Shown: in pieces, positions 29,597 through 40,414 of the stretch
Layout: every line of letters starts with the position of its first letter
Numbering within the stretch: position 1 is the stretch's first letter
Origin: Terracidiphilus sp.
GTDB lineage: Bacteria; Acidobacteriota; Terriglobia; Terriglobales; Acidobacteriaceae
Direction: 5' to 3'
DNA: 64,000 bases
NCBI GenBank assembly: GCA_035510955.1
Contig: DATKGE010000223.1
Location: forward strand, 4,199 to 68,198
The notes under the pieces: generated by a model
Databases searched by the model: none
Told to the model about the DNA's origin: nothing
Seen by the model: only the letters and a program-made list of their open reading frames with translations
Position numbers and translations under genes: made by a program

Positions 29597-30625
29597 ATGA
29601 ACCCCACCGCAACACCCGCACGCCGAGCCATTCATCCGCCTCCAGCGTCCGCTTCACCGTTCCCGTACAATCCCGGATCGCTGCTCTCGGCATCGGACTT
29701 GAGCCTGGATGAAATCAGCCACATTCTCTCTCGCGCCACGGCGCTGGAAAGCCAGGACCCGCTCACCCGGGATCGCATCCTGGCCAAGCGGCGAGTCGCG
29801 CTGCTGTTCTACGAGTCCTCTACGCGCACCCGCACCAGCTTCGAACTGGCCGCCAAGGCACTGGGCGCGGACACCACGCTGGTCTCCAGCCTTTCTTCGA
29901 GCATTGAAAAGGGCGAAACACTTAAGGACACAGGCCTGACGTTGCGCGCACTCGGCGCGGAAGCGATTATCCTGCGCCACAACTCTTCCGGCGCGCCTTG
30001 GCTGCTGGAAGCCGAGACCCGCCTGCCGGTGCTCAATGCCGGCGACGGCATGCACGAGCACCCGACGCAGGCGCTGCTTGATTTGCGCACGATCCTGGCG
30101 CATCTGCGGCCGCGCGTTGAAACGGTGACCGCAGAAACACTGGCTGGCGTCACGCTCACCATCGTGGGCGATATTCTGCACAGCCGCGTGGCCCGCTCCA
30201 ACATGCTGCTTTTACCCCGTCTGGGCGAGCGCGTCCTGCTCTGTGGACCGAAGGAACTGTTGCCCGATCTGGCGGCCCGTGTGGGACCAGGGATTGAGAT
30301 CGAGCGCAACTTTGAAGCAGCCTTGCGCCAGTCGCAGGTGGTGATGATGCTGCGCATTCAAGCGGAGCGGCTGGCCGGATTGCAACTGGACCTCGAGGAG
30401 TACAAGGCAAATTACCAGTTGACCGGACAAAAGCTGGCGACGCAGGCCCCGACCGCCATCGTCATGCATCCGGGACCGATCATTCGCGGTCTGGAAGTGA
30501 CGGCAGGCGTGGCCGACGGACCACAATCGGTCATCCTGGAACAGGTGCGGAACGGCGTGGCCATCCGCATGGCCGTCGTGGAGCGGGCGCTGCTGGCGAC
30601 CCATGCAAAGGGAGGCCGCGCATGA
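29597..30625 (+). CDS. pyrB: Aspartate carbamoyltransferase catalytic subunit
   Basis: FYESSTRTRTSFE, HEHPTQALLD, GDILHSRVARSN, MHPGP. Confidence 0.96.
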   Translation: MNPTATPARRAIHPPPASASPFPYNPGSLLSASDLSLDEISHILSRATALESQDPLTRDRILAKRRVALLFYESSTRTRTSFELAAKALGADTTLVSSLSSSIEKGETLKDTGLTLRALGAEAIILRHNSSGAPWLLEAETRLPVLNAGDGMHEHPTQALLDLRTILAHLRPRVETVTAETLAGVTLTIVGDILHSRVARSNMLLLPRLGERVLLCGPKELLPDLAARVGPGIEIERNFEAALRQSQVVMMLRIQAERLAGLQLDLEEYKANYQLTGQKLATQAPTAIVMHPGPIIRGLEVTAGVADGPQSVILEQVRNGVAIRMAVVERALLATHAKGGRA

Positions 30626-31920
30626 CAGCGCTGGTGATTCGCGGTGGACATTTGATCGATCCCGCCGCCGGCGTGGACGGGCTGAAGGACATTCTGCTAA
30701 AGGATGGACGCGTAGCCGAGATTGCCGCACCGGGTAAGCTCAAGCTGGCCAATGGAGCCGAGGTTTTTGACGCGACAGGGCTGACCGTGGCGCCGGGCCT
30801 GGTCGATATTCACGTTCATCTACGCGAACCCGGCCAGGGCTACAAGGAGACCATCGCCACCGGCACAGCCGCAGCAGCAGCAGGTGGTTTTACCTCGGTT
30901 GCCGCCATGCCCAACACGCGCCCGGTGAACGATTCGCCGGAGATCACCCGCTGGATGCAGGCGCCGGAGCGTGGGGCGGCCATTCGCGTCTTCCCCATTG
31001 CTGCGGCCACGCGCGGGTCGAAAGGCGAGGCCATCAACGATTACGCGGCGCTCAAATCCGCCGGCGCCGTGGCCGTGACCGACGACGGCTACCCCATTCT
31101 CAAAGACAACATCATGCGCGAGACGCTGGCTGCCGCGGCCCGCGTTGGCCTGGGCGTCATCCAGCACGCCGAAGACTTACGGCTTACGCAAGGGGCCAGC
31201 ATGAACGCCGGCCCGACTGCCTTCAGGCTCGGCCTGCGCGGCATGCCGCCAGAGGCCGAATCAGGAATAGTCGAACGCGACATTCGCCTGGTAACGGAGC
31301 TGCGCGACGCCCGCATTCATTTGCACGTGGCCCATACCTCCACGGCTGCCGCGTTGGCTGCAGTGCGCCAGGCGCGGCGCAGCGGACTGCGAGTGACCTG
31401 CGAGGTGGCCCCGCACCACTTTCTGCTTACCGAGGAGCACGTAGGCCAGTACAACACCAACGCCAAGATGAACCCGCCGCTACGCTCGGCTGCCGACCGC
31501 GACGCCATGATCGAGGCCATCCTCGACGGGGTGGTCGACGCCATCGCTACCGACCACGCGCCCCACGCCATTCACGAGAAGGAAGTGGAATTCGAGAACG
31601 CGCCCAACGGCATTACCGGTCTGGAGACGGCTCTCGGCTTGTCCATTCGCTGGCTGCACAAGGAGTGGAAACTGCCGCTGGGGCGCGTGCTGAGCCTGCT
31701 TAGCGCCCAGCCCGCCGCGCTGCTCAACCTGAAGGGACGCGGCACGCTTACGGTCGGCAGTTTTGCCGATGTGGTGGTCTTCGACCCCAAGGCCGAATGG
31801 ATCTACAAAGCGCGCGAAACCAGATCCAAATCCCGCAACACTCCCTTCGACGGCTGGACCATGCAAGGCAAAGTTCGCTGGACGATCAGCGAGGGTCGCA
31901 TCGCGTACGCCAGCGTGTAG
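30622..31920 (+). CDS. pyrC: Dihydroorotase
   Basis: DIHVHLREPG, KMNPPLR, IATDHAPH. Confidence 0.96.
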   Translation: MTALVIRGGHLIDPAAGVDGLKDILLKDGRVAEIAAPGKLKLANGAEVFDATGLTVAPGLVDIHVHLREPGQGYKETIATGTAAAAAGGFTSVAAMPNTRPVNDSPEITRWMQAPERGAAIRVFPIAAATRGSKGEAINDYAALKSAGAVAVTDDGYPILKDNIMRETLAAAARVGLGVIQHAEDLRLTQGASMNAGPTAFRLGLRGMPPEAESGIVERDIRLVTELRDARIHLHVAHTSTAAALAAVRQARRSGLRVTCEVAPHHFLLTEEHVGQYNTNAKMNPPLRSAADRDAMIEAILDGVVDAIATDHAPHAIHEKEVEFENAPNGITGLETALGLSIRWLHKEWKLPLGRVLSLLSAQPAALLNLKGRGTLTVGSFADVVVFDPKAEWIYKARETRSKSRNTPFDGWTMQGKVRWTISEGRIAYASV

Positions 31921-32038
31921 CAGAATCGCTTCCAGGAAAAAACGTTTGCTCCGCGGGCTTCCTATCCTTATTCTTGTCCAGCCCCCTTGCGCGGTGGATT
32001 GACCCCCTCCCGCGCTTGGATCGGAGCGAGGTCAGCCA

Positions 32039-33400
32039 ATGGATAAGCGGGAATTCTTGAAGGCGTCCGGAGCGTTTGCGGCAGGGAGCATGTTGTCGCG
32101 TGGGGCGGCAGGCCGAGTGGTGACAGGACAGGACCAAACCGGGCCGCGGGAGAACTGGGCGGGCAACCTCACCTATGGCACCGACCGGTTGTATACGCCA
32201 GGGTCTGTCGAAGAGGTGCGCCAGGTGGTGAAGAGCTGCGCCAAAATGCGCGCGCTAGGCACGCGGCACTCCTTCAACGCCATCGCCGACAGCACGCAGA
32301 ATCAGATCTCGCTTAAACGGCTTGACCGGATCGCGTTGGACGAAAAGGCGCAAACCGTGACAGTGGGCGCTGGAGTCACGTACGGCAAGCTTTCCCCGTT
32401 CCTTGACGATCACGGCTATGCATTGCACAACCTGGCCTCGCTGCCCCACATCTCGGTGGCTGGCGCGATCGCCACAGCCACGCACGGCTCAGGCGTGCGC
32501 AACGGCAACCTGGCCACAGCCGTTGCGGCTTTGGAACTGGTGACTGCGGAGGGAGAGCTGCTAACCCTCTCACGCGAAAAAGACGGAGTGCGTTTCATGG
32601 GAATGGTTGTCGGCCTGGGCGCGCTGGGCGTGGTCACCACAGTCACGCTGAATCTGCTGCCCACTTACAAGGTGGCCCAGTCCGTTTATGAGAACCTGTC
32701 ATTCACCCATCTTAAAGACCATTTCGACGATGTTTTCTCCAGCGGCTACAGCGTGAGCCTGTTTACCGACTGGCAGCATCACCAGGCCACGCAGGTCTGG
32801 ATCAAGCGCCGCCTTTCGCCCGGCGACAAGAATGATTGGCAGCCCGAGTTCTACGACGCCAGACTTGCCACCGCAAAGCTGCACCCCATCGCCGGGCACG
32901 ACGCCGAGCCCTGCACGGAGCAACAAGGCATTCCCGGCCCCTGGTACGAGCGCCTGCCCCACTTCCGCATGAACTTTACCCCGTCGAGCGGCCGCGAGTT
33001 GCAGACCGAATACTTCGTTCCCCGCGAACGCGGCTGCGAAGCCATCCTTGCCGTCGAGAAGCTGCGCGACCAGATCACGCCGCACTTGTTCATCACCGAA
33101 CTGCGGACCATCGCCGCGGATGGGTTGTGGATGAGCACGGCCTACCAGCGGGATTCGCTGGCGATCCACTTCACTTGGAAACCGGAGTGGCCGGAGGTGA
33201 GCAAAATTCTGCCTCTGATCGAAAAGCAGTTGGAGCCATTCGACCCCCGTCCGCACTGGGCCAAGCTCTTCACCCTGCCGCCGGCACGCTTGCAGGCGCA
33301 GTATGCCCGGCTCGGCGATTTCCTGACGCTCGTCAAGCAGATCGACCCGGAAGGGAAGTTCCGCAACGAGTTTATTAACAGGAACCTGTACGGGAGTTAG
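32039..33400 (+). CDS. Tat-exported FAD-linked oxidase (alditol/xylitol oxidase-like)
   Basis: KREFLK Tat-like signal, NWAGN, GTRHSFN (covalent FAD His), NLASLPHIS.AG, RPHW.K. Confidence 0.88.
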   Translation: MDKREFLKASGAFAAGSMLSRGAAGRVVTGQDQTGPRENWAGNLTYGTDRLYTPGSVEEVRQVVKSCAKMRALGTRHSFNAIADSTQNQISLKRLDRIALDEKAQTVTVGAGVTYGKLSPFLDDHGYALHNLASLPHISVAGAIATATHGSGVRNGNLATAVAALELVTAEGELLTLSREKDGVRFMGMVVGLGALGVVTTVTLNLLPTYKVAQSVYENLSFTHLKDHFDDVFSSGYSVSLFTDWQHHQATQVWIKRRLSPGDKNDWQPEFYDARLATAKLHPIAGHDAEPCTEQQGIPGPWYERLPHFRMNFTPSSGRELQTEYFVPRERGCEAILAVEKLRDQITPHLFITELRTIAADGLWMSTAYQRDSLAIHFTWKPEWPEVSKILPLIEKQLEPFDPRPHWAKLFTLPPARLQAQYARLGDFLTLVKQIDPEGKFRNEFINRNLYGS

Positions 33401-33413
33401 TTCGTCCTTCTTC

Positions 33414-34193
33414 TCAGCCCTTGCGCCGATAGAGGATCTGGAACTCGTAGCCGGGGTTGGTGGGAAAGAGGCCGGCTACGTGGCGCAGACGCTCGGCCAG
33501 CGCCGGAGCGGCCAGCAGCGGGTACTCGCGCTCGCGCAGGTCGTGGTAGTCGAAGTCGACAGCCAGAGAGAGCATGTAGACGGCGAGAGCGTCGGAGAAA
33601 GCCGACTCGTAATAGCTGCTGCGAGAGCGCTCGTCAATCACCTTCTGTCCAATGCGGCCGTCCGGATTGGAGGCGCCAGGGCTGTGATTGTCCTGGGCGC
33701 GGCGGCGAGTCTCCCAGGCGTCCTGGCTGGTTTCGCCGCGCACCTGGGCCTCGGCCTGCGACCAGGCCAGCGCGGAGAAACTCTCCGGGACGCCGGCGGC
33801 CTCGACAAAGTTGTGGGCCACGTTGATGAAAAACTCGAATGCCAGGCCGAAGCGATCCTCAACCAGGCGGGTGGAAAGAAACACCGCTTCCGTCGATCCG
33901 AAGGCCGCGTTTCGGTGGCAGATGGCGCGGTCGCCAAGGTCCACGGTGTAAGAGGGAGCGATCATGACTTCGCCGGTGTCGGCAATCGCGAGCGGGACGA
34001 AGTAGTAGGCGCGGTTGTTCAAGGCGGGAGAGAGCGTAGCCGGCACGGCGCCCACCATCCGCTCCAGGTCGGTGTCGGAGATGCGTGTCTCGCCCCATGC
34101 GGCGTAGTGGATTCCGTTGGCGGCCTGGCCCACGGTCACCTGTGTGGCCACCTTTTCCGCATGCCAAAGCTCGATTTGTGCGCTGGTGGACAT
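33414..34193 (-). CDS. Conserved-type hypothetical protein, possible degenerate zincin fold
   Basis: Good codon usage from ATG 34193; EFFINVAHNF...ESAFSDALA resembles HExxH...E.fA.a without the ligands. Confidence 0.75.
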   Translation of the reverse strand: MSTSAQIELWHAEKVATQVTVGQAANGIHYAAWGETRISDTDLERMVGAVPATLSPALNNRAYYFVPLAIADTGEVMIAPSYTVDLGDRAICHRNAAFGSTEAVFLSTRLVEDRFGLAFEFFINVAHNFVEAAGVPESFSALAWSQAEAQVRGETSQDAWETRRRAQDNHSPGASNPDGRIGQKVIDERSRSSYYESAFSDALAVYMLSLAVDFDYHDLREREYPLLAAPALAERLRHVAGLFPTNPGYEFQILYRRKG

Positions 34194-34220
34194 CACCCTG
34201 TATTCTAGACGACGAGGGCC

Positions 34221-34523
34221 ATGCAGATGACCGAATTTGTTGAGGCACGGCACGCGGCCGGCGGCAAGATTCTTGGCTTTCCGCTGCAGGGCTTTGGTCT
34301 GTTTACCAGCTTGTTGCTGACTCTCGCCACAGGCTTTTTCACCTTTTTTGCATCGACATGTATTGCGATTTTTTCGCTTTTGGGATGGAATGTATTCGGC
34401 CACCACGCGGTGAACTACGCCGACAGCTACCGCTACATTGGGTTTCCGGCCGGGTTGGTTGCGCTGGGGGTGGCCATGGTGGTGTTTGGTTCCTTATGGG
34501 TGCGCGCTAAGGTCAAGAGGTGA
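34221..34523 (+). CDS. Small membrane protein
   Basis: Two hydrophobic segments; divergent from 34193 across a shared -10. Confidence 0.75.
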   Translation: MQMTEFVEARHAAGGKILGFPLQGFGLFTSLLLTLATGFFTFFASTCIAIFSLLGWNVFGHHAVNYADSYRYIGFPAGLVALGVAMVVFGSLWVRAKVKR

Positions 34524-34532
34524 ATCCCGCCC

Positions 34533-35459
34533 ATGCCTGTGCATTCAATCTTCCCTGATGCACTGAACAACGGGCAGCCGCCGAACCCTGAGCAGGCGCG
34601 AGCCTGGTGTGCGGGGCTCGAGACGGGCAGCTTTCTGTATTTTCCGCAGACACAGGTGCCGGTCCCGGACGAAGATCTGCGCTTCCTGCTCGGCCGGTTG
34701 CAGACAGACAGCCGATTTCACAAGAACATTGCGTACAAGCCAGCCAGCGACGGGTTGGCCGGCGTGAGTTGAAAGACGGCCACAGGCGCCTCGGTTGAGC
34801 AACTGCGCGCCATCGTGCAGCGATACTCGGCCAGCGTAGCCTGTTTCCTGACCAGCTTTCTTGCGCCCTATGGGCAAAGATGGCAACTGGACTATGCCAG
34901 CTACCGGCCGGTCGAAGAAGAGGGTCGCGATATGCCCCTGCACCGGCGCAACGACCTGCTGCACACGGACGCTTTTCCCATCCGGCCTACCAGGGGACGG
35001 AGGATCCTGCGTCTCTTCCACAACATCCACCCCTCCCGGACGCGCGACAGGATTTTGGGTGCGCCATTTTCGCGCATCGTGGAAGAATTTGCGCCCGCCC
35101 GGCTGCCACTCCCGAAGCCCGACGGAAAGTTGATGGATATCGGCAAGCGGCTGGCAGACGCCACGGGGATGGCAAGGTTGGCGCCCCAATGGAAGCGCAC
35201 GCCCTACGACGAATTCATGCGGCGGCTGCACAATGCAATGAAGGAGGACGACCAGTTTCAGCGCGGTTGTGCGCGGGAGTATTTTCAATTTGCGCCGGGG
35301 TCCAGCTGGATGGTCTACACCGACACCGTTCCGCATGCCATGGTGGCCGGTCAATTTGCGCAGGAGCAAACGGTTCTGGTTGAACCCGCGGCCATGGTCG
35401 CGCCGGAATCGGCTCCGCTGGCGGTGCTGGAAAAAATGTCGGGAGCACGGCTGGTTTAG
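34533..35459 (+). pseudogene. Kdo 3-hydroxylase (KdoO) family gene interrupted by an in-frame TGA at 34770-34772
   Basis: ORFs 34533-34772 and 34815-35459 share a frame; HKNIAYKP, ASYRP.EE.GR, LH.DAFP.RPT.G.RILR, YDEFM..LHN.MKED, TD.V.HA...GQ.A.EQT. Confidence 0.78.
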
Positions 35460-35465
35460 AGCGGC

Positions 35466-35528
35466 GGGGTTCAAGTCCGGCGAGTAGGGTGGCAGATAGA
35501 GCAACTGCGCGGCGCTGGCTCCAATCAC
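35466..35528 (-). mobile_element. IS630-family transposase relic (about 60 bp)
   Basis: Minus strand reads AQLLYLPPYSPDLNP, the IS630/Tc1 motif just before the catalytic Glu; no ORF extends it. Confidence 0.75.
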
Positions 35529-35552
35529 GGGTATAGCTATCTTGGTTCCGCT

Positions 35553-35615
35553 CTAAAGCCCCACTTTCCTTTTGCTGCATTTGCGGCACGAGTGAAGTCG
35601 TGCCCTTTTAAAACA
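35553..35615 (+). repeat. REP-like element family B copy 1
   Basis: ctaaagcccc...tttgcggcacgagtgaagtcgtgccct; related copies at 50934 and 53744. Confidence 0.75.
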
Positions 35616-35664
35616 TCGAGTCATTCGGGGTTCCCTAATCCCGAGGTTCCTAGTCCCACAGGCC

Positions 35665-36186
35665 CTAATCCCTGATTTCCAGACGGTCGAGGAGGGGAAA
35701 CAATACCAGGGCGATGAGCGAGTTGCCAATGGCGGAAAAGATCGCGGTGTACCACTGCCACTCGTAGTCGAGGCCGAGCAGGAATCGGGAGACGAAAACA
35801 ACAATGCCGCTGGAAAGCAGCGTGAGCAGAAAATTCATCACCAGGCGAATGGTGTGGTTTTCGACATCGATGCGGACGCCAATGGAGGCTGCCAGGAAGC
35901 CGACCACGGTTTTGGCGATGCCGTTGACGCCGATAGCGTGGTGGGAAAGCGCATCTTCGAACAGGCCCATGGCGGCTCCCATGAGGGTGCCCTGGATGGG
36001 ACTGCGGCGGTCCAGGGCGAAGTAGACGGTGACCACCAGCGGCAGGTCGAACCAGGCCCAGGAGCCGAGGACGCGCGGGAGCCAGGCCTGCAGCACCAGC
36101 GCAGCCAGCGGCACCAGCGCATAAGCCAGGATGGGGTAGCGGCGAATTTCCGTATTGCGGCGGAGGTCGGCGCCGAGCAGGGGCAT
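35665..36186 (-). CDS. mreD: Rod shape-determining protein MreD
   Basis: Hydrophobic, DLPL.V.VYFAL..R, G...GL..D; follows mreBC. Confidence 0.88.
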   Translation of the reverse strand: MPLLGADLRRNTEIRRYPILAYALVPLAALVLQAWLPRVLGSWAWFDLPLVVTVYFALDRRSPIQGTLMGAAMGLFEDALSHHAIGVNGIAKTVVGFLAASIGVRIDVENHTIRLVMNFLLTLLSSGIVVFVSRFLLGLDYEWQWYTAIFSAIGNSLIALVLFPLLDRLEIRD

Positions 36187-36188
36187 GG

Positions 36189-37472
36189 TTAGTTCGTCCC
36201 TCCCGGCGGGTTCTTCTGGGACTGGGGCTGGACCCTGGGCGCGGATTGGCCGGGCTGCTTTGGCGTGGAGGGTTTGCTGGCCGGCTTCTGTTCAGTCGGC
36301 TTCGCGCCGGAGTCAGGCTGGGCAGCGTTTGCGTCAGGTGCCGTTTCGGAAGCGGCATCGGGGACCGGGCCGGGAGCATTGCCGGGCGTGAAGCGGTCTG
36401 GATGAAGCGCCTGCGGCGGGTGGGCTACAGGAATGGGGTTGGAGTTGTCATAAAGCGGCTGCTGATCCGGGGGAAGCTTTGGATCGATGAGGCCGGGCAG
36501 ACGTTCGGCCATTATCTGGGAGGCCTTTTGCTGCTCCTTGATGGCCGCTGCCTCGGAGCCTTTGACCTCTTCGCTGGTGGCAATATCCTGTTGCTGCTCT
36601 GTGGAGAAGCGCGGCTCCGTCGACGTGACGACGAGGACTTCATCGAGCCGGTCAAGATGGGCGGCCGGGGTGATCATGACGACGATGAAGGAGTCGCGCT
36701 CCGGATCGGGGACTACCTTGTCGACCGTGCCGACGGGAAGGCCGCGGGGGAAGATCTGATCGCCGCCCGCGGTGAGCACGACTTCGCCCTTCTGGATGCG
36801 TTTGTCGGCCAGGATGTCTACGATTTCCAGTTGTCCGAAGGCATTGCCGCGCAGGATGCCGCGAATCCGCGTGGTTTCAAGGATCACGCCGGCCCCGCTG
36901 GTCTGGTCGTTGACGGCCAACACCTGCGCCGAATGACCGCCCAAGACTTCGCGCACCTTACCGACGATGCCATCGGGAGTGATGACGGCATTGTCGCGGG
37001 CCACGCCGTCGTCGGAACCCTTGTCGATGTAGAAGACGTGAGACAACTCGCTGCCGCTGGAGCCGATGGCCTGGGCGGCTACGGTCTTGTAGATGTACTT
37101 CTCCTGAAACTTGTTCAGAGCCTGCAGGCGCTGGCCCTGCCTGGCGTCTTCGAGCAGAGAAGCCTGCTCGAGACGGAGACGATCGATGGTTTTCTGCAGC
37201 TCCTGATTTTGCTGGCGAACATGGCGCAGATCGAGATAGTTCTGCCACAGATGCCCGGCGCCAAGGCCGGTGGAGTGGATGATCCGTTCCGGCGGCGAAA
37301 CCAGGGCATTGGCCCAAAGACGGATGAGGCGTACGCCCGATGAATCGCGGGGATCGAGGGTGCTTCGTCCCTCGCTGGTGCGGCGCACCTGAACCGCCAG
37401 GCCCATGATCTGCACGAGCAGGATGGCCAGCAGCACGATGAGATTTCGGTAGCGGTCGAAGAACGATTCCAT
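36189..37472 (-). CDS. mreC: Rod shape-determining protein MreC
   Basis: N-terminal TM, coiled coil, IDKGS.DGV, GIVGKV, T.G.DQIFPRGLPVG, Pro-rich tail. Confidence 0.93.
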   Translation of the reverse strand: MESFFDRYRNLIVLLAILLVQIMGLAVQVRRTSEGRSTLDPRDSSGVRLIRLWANALVSPPERIIHSTGLGAGHLWQNYLDLRHVRQQNQELQKTIDRLRLEQASLLEDARQGQRLQALNKFQEKYIYKTVAAQAIGSSGSELSHVFYIDKGSDDGVARDNAVITPDGIVGKVREVLGGHSAQVLAVNDQTSGAGVILETTRIRGILRGNAFGQLEIVDILADKRIQKGEVVLTAGGDQIFPRGLPVGTVDKVVPDPERDSFIVVMITPAAHLDRLDEVLVVTSTEPRFSTEQQQDIATSEEVKGSEAAAIKEQQKASQIMAERLPGLIDPKLPPDQQPLYDNSNPIPVAHPPQALHPDRFTPGNAPGPVPDAASETAPDANAAQPDSGAKPTEQKPASKPSTPKQPGQSAPRVQPQSQKNPPGGTN

Positions 37473-37478
37473 GGCGAA

Positions 37479-37623
37479 TCAGGGGTCAGGGTTCAGGGGT
37501 TAGGGGTCATCGAACAGTGCCGGCCTAAGTTGCGGCGATAGCCCCGGGGAGGCTCCTTACCGAGCCGCTTGGAGGGCCTCGCGCCGGGAAACTGAACCCT
37601 GCCCCCTGAACCCTGATCCCTGC
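37479..37623. repeat. Inverted pair of heptamer repeats (TCAGGGG)n ... (CCTGAAC)n between mreB and mreC
   Basis: tcagggg tcagggt tcagggg ttagggg and actgaac cctgccc cctgaac cctgatc cctg. Confidence 0.75.
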
Positions 37624-37629
37624 ATTTTG

Positions 37630-38712
<1,083 letters not shown>

Positions 38713-38869
38713 TCAACACACATTGTACGGCTATTCGACAGAACCCGTATTCAATCCTTGCCCGGACTGAGGCGCAGGGTCGTTCCAATGCGATAAACTC
38801 AGTTGTTTCCCGGTTTGGGACGGCCTCTCTGGCCGTTTCGGCTTCTCCATCCATTTTCGAGGTTTTTCG

Positions 38870-40360
38870 ATGGCTTACCCGACGTATCACAATCTGATTG
38901 GCGGCGAGTGGCTGCCGGCCAGGAGCGGCAAGATGATTCTCAACCTGAACCCGGCTGACCACTCGGACGTGGTGGGCGCGTTTCCGGCTTCGCAGGCGGA
39001 GGATGTGGCGCTGGCGGTGGCCGCGGCCAAGAAGGCGTTCGCCGCGTGGCGGCTGGTTCCGGCGCCCAAGCGGGCCGAGCTGCTGATGCGGGCCGGGTTG
39101 ATCTTGCAGCAGCGCAAAGAGCAGTACGCCCGCGACATGACCCGGGAGATGGGCAAGGTGCTGGCTGAGACGCGGGGCGACGTTCAGGAAGCGATTGACG
39201 AGGCGTTTTACGTGGCGGGCGAGGGACGGCGGTTGTTTGGGCATACTACGCCCAGCGAGTTGCAGAACAAATTTGCCATGAGTGTGCGCATGCCGGTGGG
39301 CGTGGTGGGAATGATTACGCCGTGGAATTTTCCCATGGCCATTCCGAGTTGGAAGCTGTTTCCGGCGCTGGTCTCGGGCAATACCTGCGTGATCAAGCCG
39401 GCGGAGGATACGCCGCTGTCGACTTACAACCTGGTGCAGGCTTTGATGGACGCTGGACTGCCGGCGGGCGTGGTCAACATTGTCGCCGGGCTGGGCCCTG
39501 ACGTGGGCGCGCCGCTGGTGGAGCACCGCGATGTGCGCGCTATCAGCTTTACCGGGTCGAGCGAGGTGGGTTCGCTTGTGGCGCAACGGGCGGCGGCTAC
39601 TTTCAAGCCGGTATCGCTGGAAATGGGCGGCAAGAATGCGCAGATTGTGATGGACGACGCGAACCTGGAGCTAGCGCTGGACGGAGCGCTGTGGGGCGCC
39701 TTCGGGACCACCGGGCAGCGCTGCACGGCGACCAGCCGCATCCTGCTGCAGAAGGGGATTGCGAAGAAGTTTACCGCGGAGATTGTGGCGCGGGCGAAGA
39801 AGCTCAAGGTGGGCAATGGACTGGATGAGTCTGTCGAAGTGGGACCGCAGGTGAATGCAAGCCAGATTGAGACTTCGACGAAGTATGTCGCAATTGCTTT
39901 GAACGAAGGAGCAAAGCTGCTTACAGGCGGCAACGCGCTGACGGAGGGTAGTTATTCGCAAGGCACGTTCTTTGCGCCGACGGTGCTTGGCGCAGTTAAA
40001 CCAGCGATGCGTATCGCGCGCGAGGAAGTGTTTGGGCCGGTGGTAAGTCTGATCGAGTTTGAGACCTTTGAGGAAGCTATCGAGATTGCTAACTCGATCG
40101 ATTACGGTCTTTCGACGGCGCTCTATACAAAGGATGTGAACCGGGCGTTTACGGCCATGCGCGACCTGGAAGCGGGAATTACTTACATCAACGCGCCGAC
40201 CATTGGCGCAGAGGTGCACTTACCTTTTGGCGGCGTGAAGCAGACGGGGAACGGGCACCGCGAAGGGCTGGGCTCAATTGACTTCTACACTACGTGGAAG
40301 GCGGTGTATGTGGACTACTCCGACAAGCTGCAGAGGGCGCAGATCGACAATGCGGAGTGA
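38870..40360 (+). CDS. NAD(P)-dependent aldehyde dehydrogenase
   Basis: [37 protein letters not shown]. Confidence 0.95.
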   Translation: MAYPTYHNLIGGEWLPARSGKMILNLNPADHSDVVGAFPASQAEDVALAVAAAKKAFAAWRLVPAPKRAELLMRAGLILQQRKEQYARDMTREMGKVLAETRGDVQEAIDEAFYVAGEGRRLFGHTTPSELQNKFAMSVRMPVGVVGMITPWNFPMAIPSWKLFPALVSGNTCVIKPAEDTPLSTYNLVQALMDAGLPAGVVNIVAGLGPDVGAPLVEHRDVRAISFTGSSEVGSLVAQRAAATFKPVSLEMGGKNAQIVMDDANLELALDGALWGAFGTTGQRCTATSRILLQKGIAKKFTAEIVARAKKLKVGNGLDESVEVGPQVNASQIETSTKYVAIALNEGAKLLTGGNALTEGSYSQGTFFAPTVLGAVKPAMRIAREEVFGPVVSLIEFETFEEAIEIANSIDYGLSTALYTKDVNRAFTAMRDLEAGITYINAPTIGAEVHLPFGGVKQTGNGHREGLGSIDFYTTWKAVYVDYSDKLQRAQIDNAE

Positions 40361-40414
40361 AGAGGGAGAATCAGAGCGAGATTAGTGGGCGTGCTCATGC
40401 GAGTCGGGTCGAAG

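Noticed and set aside
34770-34772. Selenocysteine or programmed readthrough at the kdoO TGA
   Set aside because: The position is in a variable, non-Cys region and no convincing SECIS-like hairpin follows; a nonsense mutation or sequencing error is simpler
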